In this document: in pieces, positions 1 through 11,818 of the stretch
Layout of the letters: each line of letters starts with the position of its first letter
Numbering within the stretch: the first letter of the stretch is position 1
The notes under the pieces: model-generated
What the model was told of the DNA's origin: nothing
Databases searched by the model: none
What the model saw: only the letters and a program-made list of their open reading frames with translations
Translations under genes and position numbers: made by a program
Assembly (NCBI RefSeq): GCF_000143415.4
Contig: NW_003314271.1
Span: 2,347,185-2,411,184 of the forward strand
DNA: 64,000 nucleotides
Direction: 5' to 3'
DNA from: Selaginella moellendorffii
Lineage: Eukaryota; Plantae; Lycopodiophyta

Positions 1-697
1 GGGGGGGGGGGGGGGTTGTAGGGGGTTCCAAAAGTATAGTAGGGATAGTGAAGTTTAAAAACCAGTCTTTAAAGAACTCTCCAATGGTGCTTCCAAGGAG
101 TGAGCATGGACTTGGGTGGTGCCGAAGGGGCCACCCTAGGAAATGCTTAAGAGCAGCTCCCACTCCTAGAAGGGAAATCGACTGCAGTGCTCCTAACTCA
201 TATGGAGTGGTGCCTCACTTGAGTACTATGCGGCTCATTGGTCCTCGCCCTACCTAAGGGCTTGGGCCTTCCCTTCGGGATGGAAGTGGGGGAGTAGGGG
301 TACCCATACCGGGCTGTTAGGCCACAGTGTTTCCCCCTGCATCCCGAAGCAAGTGTTGCACCCAAGGCTTGGGATTTAGAGGTTCTATAATCAAGTCTTA
401 TGGTACCAAGGGATGTTAGGAATTTAAAGGCTTGGTGTGCTTGGTTGCTTGTGCCTGTGGGGAGTGTGGCCAAACCTTAAGTCCAATGTAACCCGGGGAA
501 GGGGATTGGGAGAGATTTGGGAATTTGTGGATGGATGGCTAACGCTCCATTGTTCGTGTAATGAGTAGCTGAAACCAAGTAGTAATTGGTACCATAGGCA
601 AGAACCTTGGCAAGGGAACTTAGCTAAGTCCAAGGAGGTGTCGGTCGGATAAATGAAGTAAGCAGGCAAATTAGAAAGGAAAAATTTATGGCTTTCA
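1..697 (+). mobile_element. 5' LTR (truncated by window start) of Gypsy element A, same family as element B
   Basis: Reverse complement matches the B LTRs (5450-6586, 11819-12978); ends ...GCTTTCA (B: ...GGTTTACA) and is followed by a PBS. Confidence 0.9.
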
Positions 698-700
698 ATT

Positions 701-712
701 TGGTATGAGAGC
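701..712 (+). promoter_or_regulatory. Primer-binding site, tRNA-iMet type (element A)
   Basis: TGGTATGAGAGC versus canonical TGGTATCAGAGC, 3 nt after the LTR end. Confidence 0.85.
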
Positions 713-756
713 TTTTTCCTCAGTTCTAGTGAAGGATAGAGGTGGATTGCTGGGAG

Positions 757-3700
757 ATGGCAAAGGTAGGGCGTAAACAAACTATGGTGGAGATGGAACC
801 TCTTCCAGAGCTGGAGCCTTTGGTTGAACAAGAGGCTATGGATGAGAAATCCTTGCAGGAGGAGGACTCTAGTAAGGAAACTTCCAAACAGGAGTCTGGT
901 GGTGAGGTTCAGTCGTCCAAGGCTCGATTGGACGTTCTAGAAGGACAATTGGCACAGACTAATGCCCTGTTGGAGATTCTCGTACGCAAGTTAAAGTGCG
1001 ATGAGAAGCGGAAGAAAAAGTGAAAGACTATGGATACTGGTAGTGTAGAAGGTGCAGACCTTTCGGTAGGGACTGAGGCAAAACCAAACAAGGTTGAACA
1101 GACCGAAGTGGAATTAATCCCTCAAGCAGTTCCCAAGTACAAACCAAAGCACCCACTGGTTTTCAAGGGAGTGAATGACTATAAGGTGGTGGAAGATTGG
1201 TTTTACGATATAGAGGACTACTTCCAAGCGTTGTAGTTATCAAGTTCAGAGAGGGTCCCATGTGCAAAACCATACTTGGCAAATAATGCCAAGTCTTGGT
1301 GGAGAATGACAGAGACCAATGAAGGACCGGTGGCCACTTGGGAAATGATGAAGGTGAGGATCTGTGCAACTTATGTTCCTTCGAATGCTACTCTGCACTT
1401 AAGGGATGAGCTAAGTAGGTTGAAGCAGACCACAACCATTCAAGAGTATATGAATGGGTTTATGGCAAAAAGGATATTTGTCACGGATATGGGTGATATG
1501 GATGCGTTCCATGCCTTCATATCAGGCTTGCAAACCTGGGCTCACGGCGAGGTGATGCGCTAGAACCCGACCAACTACAAGGAAGTGTTAGATGCGGCTA
1601 TCAAGGTGCATTTCAATGATAACTTGCGAAAGGGGAACACAACGAAGTCGAGATCCACGTTTAGCAGAGGGGCCAAACCAAGGGGAACATATGGCAAAGG
1701 GAAATTCAAGAAGAGTTTCTCTAAGAATGAGTCCTCGAGGTTCTGAAAAAGTAGATCCGGTGGCCAGTGAGCAAGTACATGGGGGAGTTAAATGAAAAGA
1801 GATAAACTCATGGATAAAAAGGTCAAGTAAACTAGTAGTGTGGGAAATAACGTATGCTTCAATTGCGTTGAAGCAGGACACTTTTTGAAGGAATGTCCCC
1901 ACCCGAAGAAGGCCAGAGTCAATATGGCCATTAAGTAAGGTGAAATCTAAATTGAGGTACGTGATCTAGTCCCTAGGTCAAAGTTACTCATTACACGAGC
2001 AGCTTTGGTAGAGAGTCGTTCATGACATTTACTAGCCCTCTGAGGGAAGCTCAAAGGTAACTTTGTTAAAATCTTTATTGACACGGGTGCTTCAGATAAT
2101 TTTGTGGCTGCAAACATAGTCTGAAAAGCCGAACTAATGGTGTAGCGGTTAGGTGAACCAAGGATTATAAAGTTTGTTCAAGGTAGCCAAAGCACCGATG
2201 AGGTACTTTGACAAATGAGAGTCGAAGTAGGGACATGGAAAGTAAACATGAATTTCACCATGTTGGACATGGCGGGATTTGAAGTAATCTTCGGGATGGA
2301 TTGGTTCAATTGGTTCGTAATAGCCCTACATAGACAATGTAGGAATCTTGTGGTACTGGCGAATGCCCGAGGAGAACAATCTAAGGTGGAAGCCTAGGAT
2401 CTAGCTTTTAATTATTGCACATTATACCCTTTCTAAAGAATATAAGGCCAAAGACTCTTGCTTAAACCTGGTGTCCATGAGAGGACAACTCAGTAAAAGA
2501 ACCAAGGCAACATTTTTGTGCTTACTCTCAGTAAAGAGTGACAAAAAGATGGGAATAGAAGAAGTACCTTCAGTGATCCAGCAAGTGTTAGACCACTTCC
2601 AAGATACCATGTTAGAGGAGTTACTGACGGGGTTGCCCCCCACACGACCGATAAAACATAAGATTGAGCTGGTCAAGGGTGCTAAGGCAGTGGTTCGTCC
2701 ACCCTATCATTTGAATGAAAGGGAACTTAAGAAGCTCAAGCACCAACTAGAAGAGTTAGTGGACAAAAGGTATGTTAGGTTGAGCAAGTCACTGTATGGG
2801 GTGCTAGTGTTATTTGTGAAAACAAAAGATAGATCTATACGCATATACATAGACTACTGGTTGTTCAAAAAGTATACAAAGAAGAACAAATACCCTTTGC
2901 CAAGGATTGAGGACGTATTAGATAGGTTGGGAAAGGCAAAATACTTCTTGAGGATTGACCTAAGGTTAGGATACTACCAGATCAGGGTAGCAGAGGAAGA
3001 TGTCGAGAAGACAACTTATCGGACAAGGTATAGGAGCTTTGAGTTTTTAGTGATGCCTTTTGAGTTGTGCAATGTGCCGACAACGTTTTCGGCATTAATG
3101 AACCACATCTTTGTACCTTATCTAGATCACTTTGTGGTCGTCTATATTGTCGACATCTTGATCTATAACGAAACACTAGAGGAGCATGCCGAACACTTGA
3201 CGATTGAGAAACTAAGGGAACACAAGCTATATACTAAAGAGAGCAAATGTGACTTTTCTCAATAAGAGGTAAAATTTCTTAGGCATGTGGTGGGCAAGGA
3301 CAGGCTCAAGGTGGACCTTGAGAAGGTCCAAATGATCTAGGAATGGGAGCAACCATTGAATGTACATGAGTTAAGGGCATTCTTGGGGCTATGCAACTTT
3401 TATTGAAAGTTTATCAAACACTATTTGAGAGTAACCTTACCCTTAACGGACCAAACGGGTAAAGGGAAGATGGTATGGACAGCGGAATGGAAGATGGCAT
3501 TTGTCCACCTCAAAGGAAAGTTGAGGAAGACTTTCGTATTAACATTACCAAACTTTGGTAAGGATTTTGAAGTAGAAATGGATGCTTCGGATTTTGTGTT
3601 GGGCACAATTTTGAAGCAAGACAACCATTCAATAGTGTTCTTCTCGAAGAAGTTGGACAAGGCTCAGTGAAAGTGGCCTGCCCATGAAAAGGAATTATTT

Positions 3701-4291
3701 GCGGTGGTCAAGGCGCTCAAGGAGTGGCGACACTACCTTGGGAGGCACTTCAATGTTTACACAGATAATGTGGCAACGAAACACTTTTTTGTCGCAGCCT
3801 GACCTAAGAGGTAAACAAGGTTGGTGGGCCAATGCTTTGGCTAAGTTTGATTGCAAGATTCAGTATAAACCTGGGAAGAGCAACATCGTGGCAGATTCTC
3901 TAAGTCGAAAGACAAGCTTGAAGTTGGCAATATCTAACATAATAGCATTTTGGGATGATGTGTGGATAGCATATGAGAATGATGGTCTAGCATAAGAAGT
4001 GTTGCTGAGGAACCAAGAGGCGCGAGAAGCTCACCAGAAAGGTGAGTTGCTAACGGAAGTGAAAACAGGTTATGCGGAACGCAATGGACTCATATATTAT
4101 AAACAAACGAGGATGTATGTTCTAGAAGGGGAACTAAGGACGGTAGCTTTAAAAGAGTGTCATGACAGACCTCTTGCGGGACACGGCAGAGTGCCCAAGA
4201 CGATGGGCTTACTCAAGAGGAAGTATCACTGGCCAGATATGGTTAAGGATGTCCAAGATTATTTAAAGATATGTCCAACATGTCAGCAGTC
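757..4291 (+). pseudogene. Decayed gag-pol of element A (gag, zinc knuckle, protease, RT, RNase H, integrase zinc finger)
   Basis: ORF fragments collinear with B: KSWW gag, LIDTGAS protease, YPLPRIED and VVVYIVDILIY RT, MDASDF RNase H, H..H..CPTCQQ; many stops and frameshifts. Confidence 0.92.
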
Positions 4292-5445
4292 TATCGCGAA
4301 TGTGACTTCGGGTATCGAAAGTTACCTGTCGGCCAATCCTTACGGACACTCTTACCTTACTGCCACGACGGCAGGAGGTCGGTATTGCTGGACCCGTTAT
4401 TAGTCTCTGCCTAAGCTAGTTGAGAAACTGGTCCTCACGTGTGCACTTGACCAGATGGGCATAAGGACAGAATTCCTAAGTGCTATTAGTCAAGCATACT
4501 TGACCTGGTTAGAGAAACTCATTCGTTGACTTGCACTTGCTAGTGTTGGGAACCCTCCCGATATTGAGCTTGGTCCCTCAATATTCGCTAGATGATAGCT
4601 TACCGTGTCTGCCAAACACCCTTGCTATCATGCCCTTTGTGTTAGTCTCATTTCGGTCCCAAATGCTATTTTTGGAAAGTGTCTAGATTTGCTCATTTGG
4701 CATATCTACGGAATGTAGAGATCGGCCCGAACACAATGGTGTTTGTCCCGTGTTCAAATTCACAATCTAAGGACATTCCATATTTAGTAAGTTTTGAGCT
4801 TGTCCCAGAGACTAACTCCTGGTACTAAGGGAGGCTTGGGCTGAAAGCCCAAAGCATGTGTTCCTCAAGGGGGGCGGGGGGCTATGGGGGGTTCCAAATA
4901 TATAGTAGGGAAGTAGGGATAGTGGGTAGGTCGGGCATGGCCGACCAACCTGAGGCATAGTCTAGTTCCCGCTTGCGTGCCTGTCCTTGTTCCACGTCCA
5001 GCTTGGGTCTAAGCCCAAGTTCCATTCCATGCTAGCTGGTGGAGTACCCATGTCCTCGCGTTAGGCCACCGGTATGCTGAAATAGCGCCAGACTTTGTTT
5101 GGCTCCGTTTTGCATGCTGGTCCTAGCATTGGGATGTTGGTTGCTCTAGGACTGTTCCAAGTTGCTCCGGGCTCTTGTCCCTTCGCTCCTTAGGCTGTAT
5201 GCATGGGAGTTGCTCCGTGGACCGGTTCCATCACTCCTTGGCTTCACGCTTGGGAGTTTGGCACCGTTCCTTCGTTCAGTGGCCCAAGGCCCTGAACCTC
5301 AAGTTCCACACCATGTTCCTTTGGACACGTGGCATGTGACATGTGGCATCTGTCACGTGGCACAAAGAGGGTTTAGGTTCTGTTTCGTGGTGTTATCCTA
5401 TAGTAAATCACCATAGAACAAAGGGTCAAAACCACATGCGCTACA
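4292..5445 (+). repeat. 5' LTR of element C
   Basis: TATCGCGAATG...GCGCTACA, near-identical to 17730-18865 (terminal TG mutated to TA). Confidence 0.92.
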
Positions 5446-5449
5446 TTTG

Positions 5450-6586
5450 TGTAAACCACAAATTTTTCCTTTCCAATTTGCTAGCTTACCTCGTCCATCC
5501 GACCAACTCTGCCTTGGCTTGTGCTAAGTTCCCTTGCCAAGGTTCCTGCCTATGGTACCAGCTCCTACTTGGTCCTACTTGGTTTCAGCTACTCACTGCA
5601 CGAGCAACGGAGTGTTAGCCATCCATCTACGGATTCCCAAATCTCTTCCAATCCCCCTCCCCGGGTTAGACTGGACTTAAGGTTCGGCTACACTCCCCGC
5701 AGGCACAAGCAGCCAAGCACACCAAGCCTCCAGATTCCTAACACCCTTTGGTACCACAAGGCTTGATCATGGGACCCTTTAAATCCCAAGCCTTGGGTGC
5801 AGCACTTGCTTCGGGACGTCGGGGCGAAACACCGTGGCCTAACGGCCCGGTATGGGTACCTCTACCCCCCCACTTCCATCTCGAAGGGAAGGCCCAAGCC
5901 CCTAGGAAGGGCGAGGACCAATGAGCCACAAGGTACTCAAGTGGGGCACCACTCCACATGAGCCGGGAGCACTGCAGTCGGTTTCCCTTTCGGGAGTGGG
6001 AGCTGCTCTTGAGCCCTTCCCGGGGGGGCCCCTCCGGCCCCACTCAAGCCCATGTTCATTCCCCCCCAAGGCCCCTGGGCCCCAGTTTCAACCCCAAGTC
6101 AGTTTGGAAGCCCCCCGGGAGAGTCCCTTCAAGACGGGTTCCGGGACCCCCCTATCCCTACTAAACTTTTGGAACCCCCTGCAGCCCCCCCCCCCCCCCC
6201 CCCCGGGAGATGCACGCTTTGGGCTTTCACCCCTTGACCCGTATTAATATTTGGACTTAGTCTCTGGCTCGATCTCGGACCCGATTTTGGATCCGACTTC
6301 GGATTCGGTCTCGGACTCGATCTCGGACTCGATCTCGGACCTGATCTCAGACCCGACCTCGAACTCGACCTCGGACTCGGTCTCGGACCCGATTTCGGAT
6401 CTCGGACTCCGTCTCAAACTCGGTCTCGAACTCGGACTCGATTCCGGACTCTATCTCGAACTTGGTCCTAGAGTCGGTCTTGGACTTGATCCTCGACTTG
6501 GTCCCATCCGATGAACTCTTTGTCATTTTGGTCATGCTTTTGGGGTTCCTTTAGCCTACGACACCTCGGTGAGTTGGTTCCTTACA
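5450..6586 (-). repeat. 3' LTR of element B
   Basis: TGTAAACC...CCTTACA on the plus strand; matches 11819-12978; preceded on the minus strand by PPT-like TATGGGTGGTGGAGT (6587-6601). Confidence 0.95.
6265..6500. repeat. CpG-rich 6/12-bp minisatellite (CTCGGA/CTCGAT units) in U3 of the B 3' LTR
   Basis: Tandem ctcggactcgat / ctcggacccgat units; counterpart at ~12635-12895. Confidence 0.9.
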
Positions 6587-7370
6587 ACTCCACCACCCAT
6601 AGAAGAAGTTCGATGCCCACATCGAACGTCTCGTTTTATCCTACGACTTGTTGACCATGTCTCCGGGGGCATCCCCCCACTTAGCGGTGTGCCTAAGTTA
6701 GCCTCCCCGGCCAAGAGCCCATGACAACGGAATATAAGTGTCCCTATACCCCTCACCTCACCACGCCCTAGTATGGGGCGGGACTTGAACCCAGCCTTGC
6801 TTTACTAGGGGGTTGGGACTCGAACCCAACCTCCGTACAATATGTCTACGGATTCGACATCCCTGCGGGGAGTCGGGCGTAGTGCCCTACTCCTGGTCGA
6901 CCTATCCAACCCATGCTAATTAGCTTACCTTCGGCACGCCTTCGGGTCCCAACATATGCCACTTGCTCAACTTTGCAAATTGATATTTTTAATTGAATTT
7001 TGCATAAGTACATAGAGTTCTGCCATGCAGAAATTCCTCCACTAGATCTCGCACGATCGCTAGGTTCCCCTCCGATTCCCATGTTGCTTCGTAGTGTGGA
7101 AATCCTTTCCACTTCACATAGAACTCTCTCACCTCGCGTCGTTGTCGCTTGCTCTTGCGCGCATTGAGGATGGCCTCGACTTCGTATTCCTCTTCCCCTT
7201 GGATAACCTCAGGTAAAGGTCTCACTTGGTCCTTGCGAAGCGGATCCTCAAAGTACAGCTTGAGTAAGTTCACGTGGAACACTAGGTGCATCTTCCCCAT
7301 CTCTCGAGGAAGTCGGAGTCGGTAAGCCACTTTACTGATTCGTGCCTCAATCTCGTAAGGCCCCGCGAAC

Positions 7371-7422
7371 CTGCTTAAGGAACTCAAGATCAATTCATTT
7401 ACAGGAATACATGCATCTTTAC
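7371..7422 (-). other. Candidate spliceosomal intron 2 (52 nt) in GPY/F region of B integrase
   Basis: CAA AG|gtaaag...ttaagcag|G TTC; removal restores KLTQRFAGPY and joins the chromodomain frame. Confidence 0.85.
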
Positions 7423-7840
7423 CTTTGGGTCAACTTTTGGCTGATCCCACTTGGTAGTCTGAGGTTCTTGGTGTTCAGCCACACCTTCTCCCCAGCTTGG
7501 AACTCTACATCCCGACGCTTCTGGTTCGCGTATTTGGTTTGCCTTTGTTGAGCCCGTTCCAAGGAATCCCTCACTAGATTCCAAATGCTGAGTCTTTCTG
7601 CCGTGAATGCCTCCACTGCGGGCAACTCTCCATGATACTCGACCACGCCGAGTTCCACAGGACCTTCAATAGCTCGCCCATTGATGACTTCCCATGGACT
7701 CACCCCGATACTCGAATGTGGTGAGTTGTTATAACACATTTCCACAAGTCCCAAATGACTTACCCAATCGGTCTGGTCTCCCGAGACATAGCATCGCAAA
7801 TAATCCTCCAGCTGCCTATTCACCCTTTCCGTTTGTCCGT

Positions 7841-7886
7841 CTGTCAAGAAGTGTTAGTGCCAACAATTTGACTTAATACCCCATAC
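7841..7886 (-). other. Candidate spliceosomal intron 1 (46 nt) in integrase core of B
   Basis: ACA G|gtatgg...cactaac...gacag|AC GGA; removal restores YHPQTDGQTER exactly; retention gives an in-frame TAA. Confidence 0.85.
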
Positions 7887-10800
7887 CTGTCTGTGGGTGA
7901 TAGGCTATGCTGAATTTCAACTTGGTGCGATACTATTCCAAAAGAGTCCTCCAGAACCTACTGGTGAAGATCTTATCTCGATCTGAGATAATCTCTTCCG
8001 GTCTTCCCCGCACTCGAACCACTTGTTCGAAGAATAGCTTCGCCACACCTTCCGCATCCACCTCCGTTGTGGTGGGTATGAAATGTGCCATTTTTGAAAA
8101 TCGGTCCACCACCACGAATATCGCATCAAACCCCTCGCTTGGGGGGAGTCCCGTGATGAAGTCCATCGTAAGACATTTCCACGGACGATCTGGAATTGGG
8201 ATGCTTTGCAACAAGCCCCCACTAGCCTTAGTCACGGCTTTTACCTGTTGACATGTTGGACATGTCTTTACATAGTTTTGGACGTCCTTAGCCATATCTG
8301 GCCAATGGTACTTCCTCTTGAGTAAGCCCATCGTCTTGGGCACTCCGCTGTGTCCTGCAAGAGGTCCGTCATGACACTCTTCTAAGGCCACCTTCCTTAG
8401 TTCCCCTTCTGGAACATACACCCTCGTTTGCTTGTAATAGATGAGTCCGTTGCGTTCCGCATAGCCCGTTTTCTCTTCCGTTGGCAGCTCACCTCTCTAG
8501 TGAGCTTCCCGTGCCTCTAGATTCCTTAGCAACACTTCTTGTGCTAGACCATCGTTCTCATATGCTGTCCGCACATCGTCCCAGAAGGTTGCTGTTGCGC
8601 TGGATATTGCCAACCTCAAGCTCGCTTTTCGACTTAGTGCATCCGCCACGATGTTGCTCTTCCCAGGCTTGTACAGAATCTCGCAATCAAACTCGGCCAA
8701 GGCATTGGCCCACCGACCTTGTTTCCCTCTCAGGTCGGGCTGTGACAAGAAGTGTTTCGTTGCCACATTGTCCGTGTAAACCTTGAAGTGTCTCCCAAGG
8801 TAGTGTCGCCACTCCTTGAGCGCCTTGACCACCGCAAACAATTCCTTCTCGTGGGCAGGCCACTTCCGTTGAGCCTTGTCCAACTTCTTCGAGAAGAACG
8901 CTACCGGATGGTTGTCTTGCTTCAAAACTGCGCCCAACGCAAAGTCCGAAGCATCGGTTTCTACCTCAAAGTCCTTACCAAAGTCTGGTAATGCCAATAC
9001 GGGAGCCTTCCTCAGCTTCCCTTTGAGGTGGACGAATGTCGCCTCGCATTCCGCTGTCCACACCATCTTCCCTTTTCTTGTTTGGTCCGTTAAGGGCAAG
9101 GCTACTCTCGAATAGTGTCTGATAAACTTTCGATAGTAGTTGCATAGCCCCAGGAATGCCCTCAACTCATGTATGTTCGATGGTCGCTCCCATTCCTGGA
9201 TCGCTTGGACCTTCTCCGGGTCCACCTTGAGCCCGTCCTGGCCCACCACATGCCCGAGAAACTTTACCTCTTGTTGAGCAAAGTCACATTTGCTCTCTTT
9301 AGCATACAGTTTGTGTTCCCTTAGTTTCTCAAACACCTTCGCCAAGTGTTCGACATGCTCCTCTAGCGTCTCGCTATAGATCAGGATGTCATCGATATAG
9401 ACGACCACGAAGTGATCCAGATAGGGTACAAAGATGTGGTTCATTAGCGCCAAAAACGTTGCCAGCGCATTACATAGCCCGAAGGGCATCACCAGAAACT
9501 CAAAGCTCCCATACCTCGTTCGATAGGTTGTCTTCTCGACATCTTCCTCGGCTACCCTGATCTGGTAGTATCTGACCTTAGGTCAATCCTCGAGAAGTAT
9601 TTTGCCTTTCCCAGCCTATCGAACAGGTCCTCAATCCTTAGCAAAGGGTACTTGTTCTTCTTTGTATACTTGTTGAGCAATCGGTAGTCTATGCACATGC
9701 GCATAGATCCATCTTTCTTTTTCACAAATAACACCGGCGCCCCATACGGCGACTTGCTCAACCTAACATAGCCTTTGTCCACCAACTCCTCTAGTTGGCA
9801 CTTGAGCTCCTTGAGTTCTTTTTCGTTCAAACGATAAGGGGGACGAACCACTACCTCAGCACCCTCGACCAGCTCAATCTTATGTTCTATCGGTCGTGCT
9901 GGGGGCAAACCCGCCGGTAGCTCCTCCGGCATGGTATCCTGGAATTGGTCCAACACCCGCTGGATCACTAAAGGTACTTCTTCCGTTCCTGTCTTTTTGT
10001 CACTCTTCACCGAGAGTAAGCACAAAAAGGCCACCTTAGTTCCTTTAGTGAGTTGTCCTCTCGTGGAAACCAGGTTTAAGCAGGAATCTTTGGCCTTGCT
10101 TTGCCCTACCTTTAGATCTTAGGCCTCCACCCTAGATCTTCTTCCTTGGGCATTTGCTAGTACCACAAGGTTTCTACCTTGTCCATGCAGGGCTACCATG
10201 AATCGATTGAACCAGTCCATTTCGAAGATCACGTTAAATCCCGCCATGTCTAACATGGTGAAATCCATGTCCACCTTCCAAGTCCCCACTTCGACTCTCA
10301 CTTGTCGAAGTACCTCATCGGTGCTTTGGCTACCTTGAACAAACTCTATAGTCCTTGGTTCGCCTAGCCGCTGCACCGTTAGTCCGGCTTGCTGGACTAT
10401 GTCTGCAGCCACAAAATTATCCGAAGCACCCGTGTCAATAAGGATTTTAACAAAGCTACCTCCGAGCTTCCCTCGGAGGGCTAGTAGATGTCGCGAACGA
10501 CTCTCTACCAAAGTTGTTCGTGTAATGAGTAACTTTGAGTTAGGGACTAGATCACATACCTTAGTTTGGACTTCACTCGACTTGATGGCCATATTGGCTC
10601 TGGCCTTCTTCGGGTAGGGACATTCCCTCGAGAAGTGTCCCGCTTCACCGCAGTTGTAGCATACGTTGTTTCCCACGCTGCTATACGACTTGACCTTCTT
10701 ATCCGTGGGTTTGTCTCTTTTCGCTTGACTCCCCCACGTACTCGCTTGCTGGCCACCGGATCTGCCTTTCCGGAACCCCGAGGACTCATTCTTAGAGAAA

Positions 10801-11803
10801 CTCTTCTTGAATTTTTGTCTGCTAAACGTTCCCCTTGGTTTAGCCCCTTTGCTAAATGTGGATCCCGACCCCGTCGTGTTCCCCTTTCGCAGGTTATCGT
10901 TGAAATGCACCTTGATGGCCGCATCCAATGCTTCCTTGTAGTTAGTCGGGTTCCACCGCATCACTTCACCGCGAGCCCAGGTTTGCAAACCTGATATGAA
11001 GGCATGGAACGCATCCATATCCCCCATGTCCGTGACAAGTATCCTCTTTGCCATAAACCCATTCACATACTCCTGAATGGTTCTGGTCTGCTTCAGCCTA
11101 CTCAGCTCGTCCCTTAGATGCAGAGTAGCATTCGGAGGAACGTAAGTTGCGCGGATCCTCGCCTTCATCATTTCCCAAGTGGCCACCGATCCTTCGTTGG
11201 CCTCTGTCGTTCTCCACCAAGACTTGGCATTATCTGCCAAGTATGGTTTTGCACATGGGACCTTCTCCGAGCTCGGTAATCGCAACGCTCGGAAGTAGTC
11301 CTCCATATGATAAAACCAATCCTCCACCACCTTATAGTCATTCACTCCCTTGAAGACCGGTGGGGGCTTTGGTTTGTACTTGGGAACTGCCTGAGGGACT
11401 GATTCCACTTCGGTCTATTCGACCTTGTCTGGTTTTGCCTCAGTCCCTGCCGAAGGGTCCGCACCTTCTGCGCTGCCAGCATCCGCAGTCTTTCGCTTTT
11501 TCTTCCGCTTCTCATCACGCTTTAGCTTACATACGAGAGTCTCCAGCAGGGCATTGGTCTGCGCCAATTGTCCTTCTAGAACGTCCAATCAAGCCTTGGA
11601 CAACCCAACCTCACCACCAGACTCCTGTTTGGAAGTTGCCTCACTGGAGTCCTCCTCATGCAAGGATTCCTCATCCATTGCCTCCTGTTCGACCGGAGGC
11701 TCCAGCTCTGGAAGAGGTTCCGTCTCCTCCTGGGTTCGCTTGCGTCCGGCCCTTGCCATCTCCCAGCAATCCGCCTCTATCCTTCGCTAGAACTGAGGAA
11801 GAG

Positions 11804-11815
11804 GCTCCGATACCA
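11804..11815 (-). promoter_or_regulatory. Primer-binding site, tRNA-iMet type (element B)
   Basis: TGGTATCGGAGC on the minus strand, 3 nt after the LTR end. Confidence 0.9.
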
Positions 11816-11818
11816 AAT

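Larger units (their letters stand above)
6989..11759 (-). pseudogene. Gag-pol of element B (single frame originally; ~4 nonsense codons, 1 frameshift near 9572, two candidate introns)
   Basis: CYNCGEAGHFSREC knuckle, LIDTGAS, VYIDDILIY, TDASDFALGAVL, HHCC, MDFITGLP, ISDRD, YHPQT/DGQTER, FAGPY, chromodomain EEYEVEAIL..YVKWKGF..ATWE. Confidence 0.95.

Noticed and set aside
6010-6170. Cluster of differences between the two B LTRs suggesting gene conversion or greater age
   Set aside because: Changes mostly extend C/G runs right beside a long poly-C tract, and the 5' LTR version agrees with copy A; typical of read slippage, so exclude from LTR dating
6768-6834. tRNA gene
   Set aside because: Only T-arm-like hairpins; no D arm, anticodon arm or A-box, so reported as a structured element instead
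6950-7012. Possible third intron after the chromodomain (AT-rich GTACTT...AG)
   Set aside because: No conserved motif is restored, the acceptor is ambiguous, and there is no second copy to compare
10119-10121. Stop at the same codon after protease in B (TAA) and A (TAG, ~2395), suggesting programmed read-through
   Set aside because: Other stops in B are CAG-to-TAG where A has Gln, so deamination of a methylated CAG explains both; no convincing intron or read-through context
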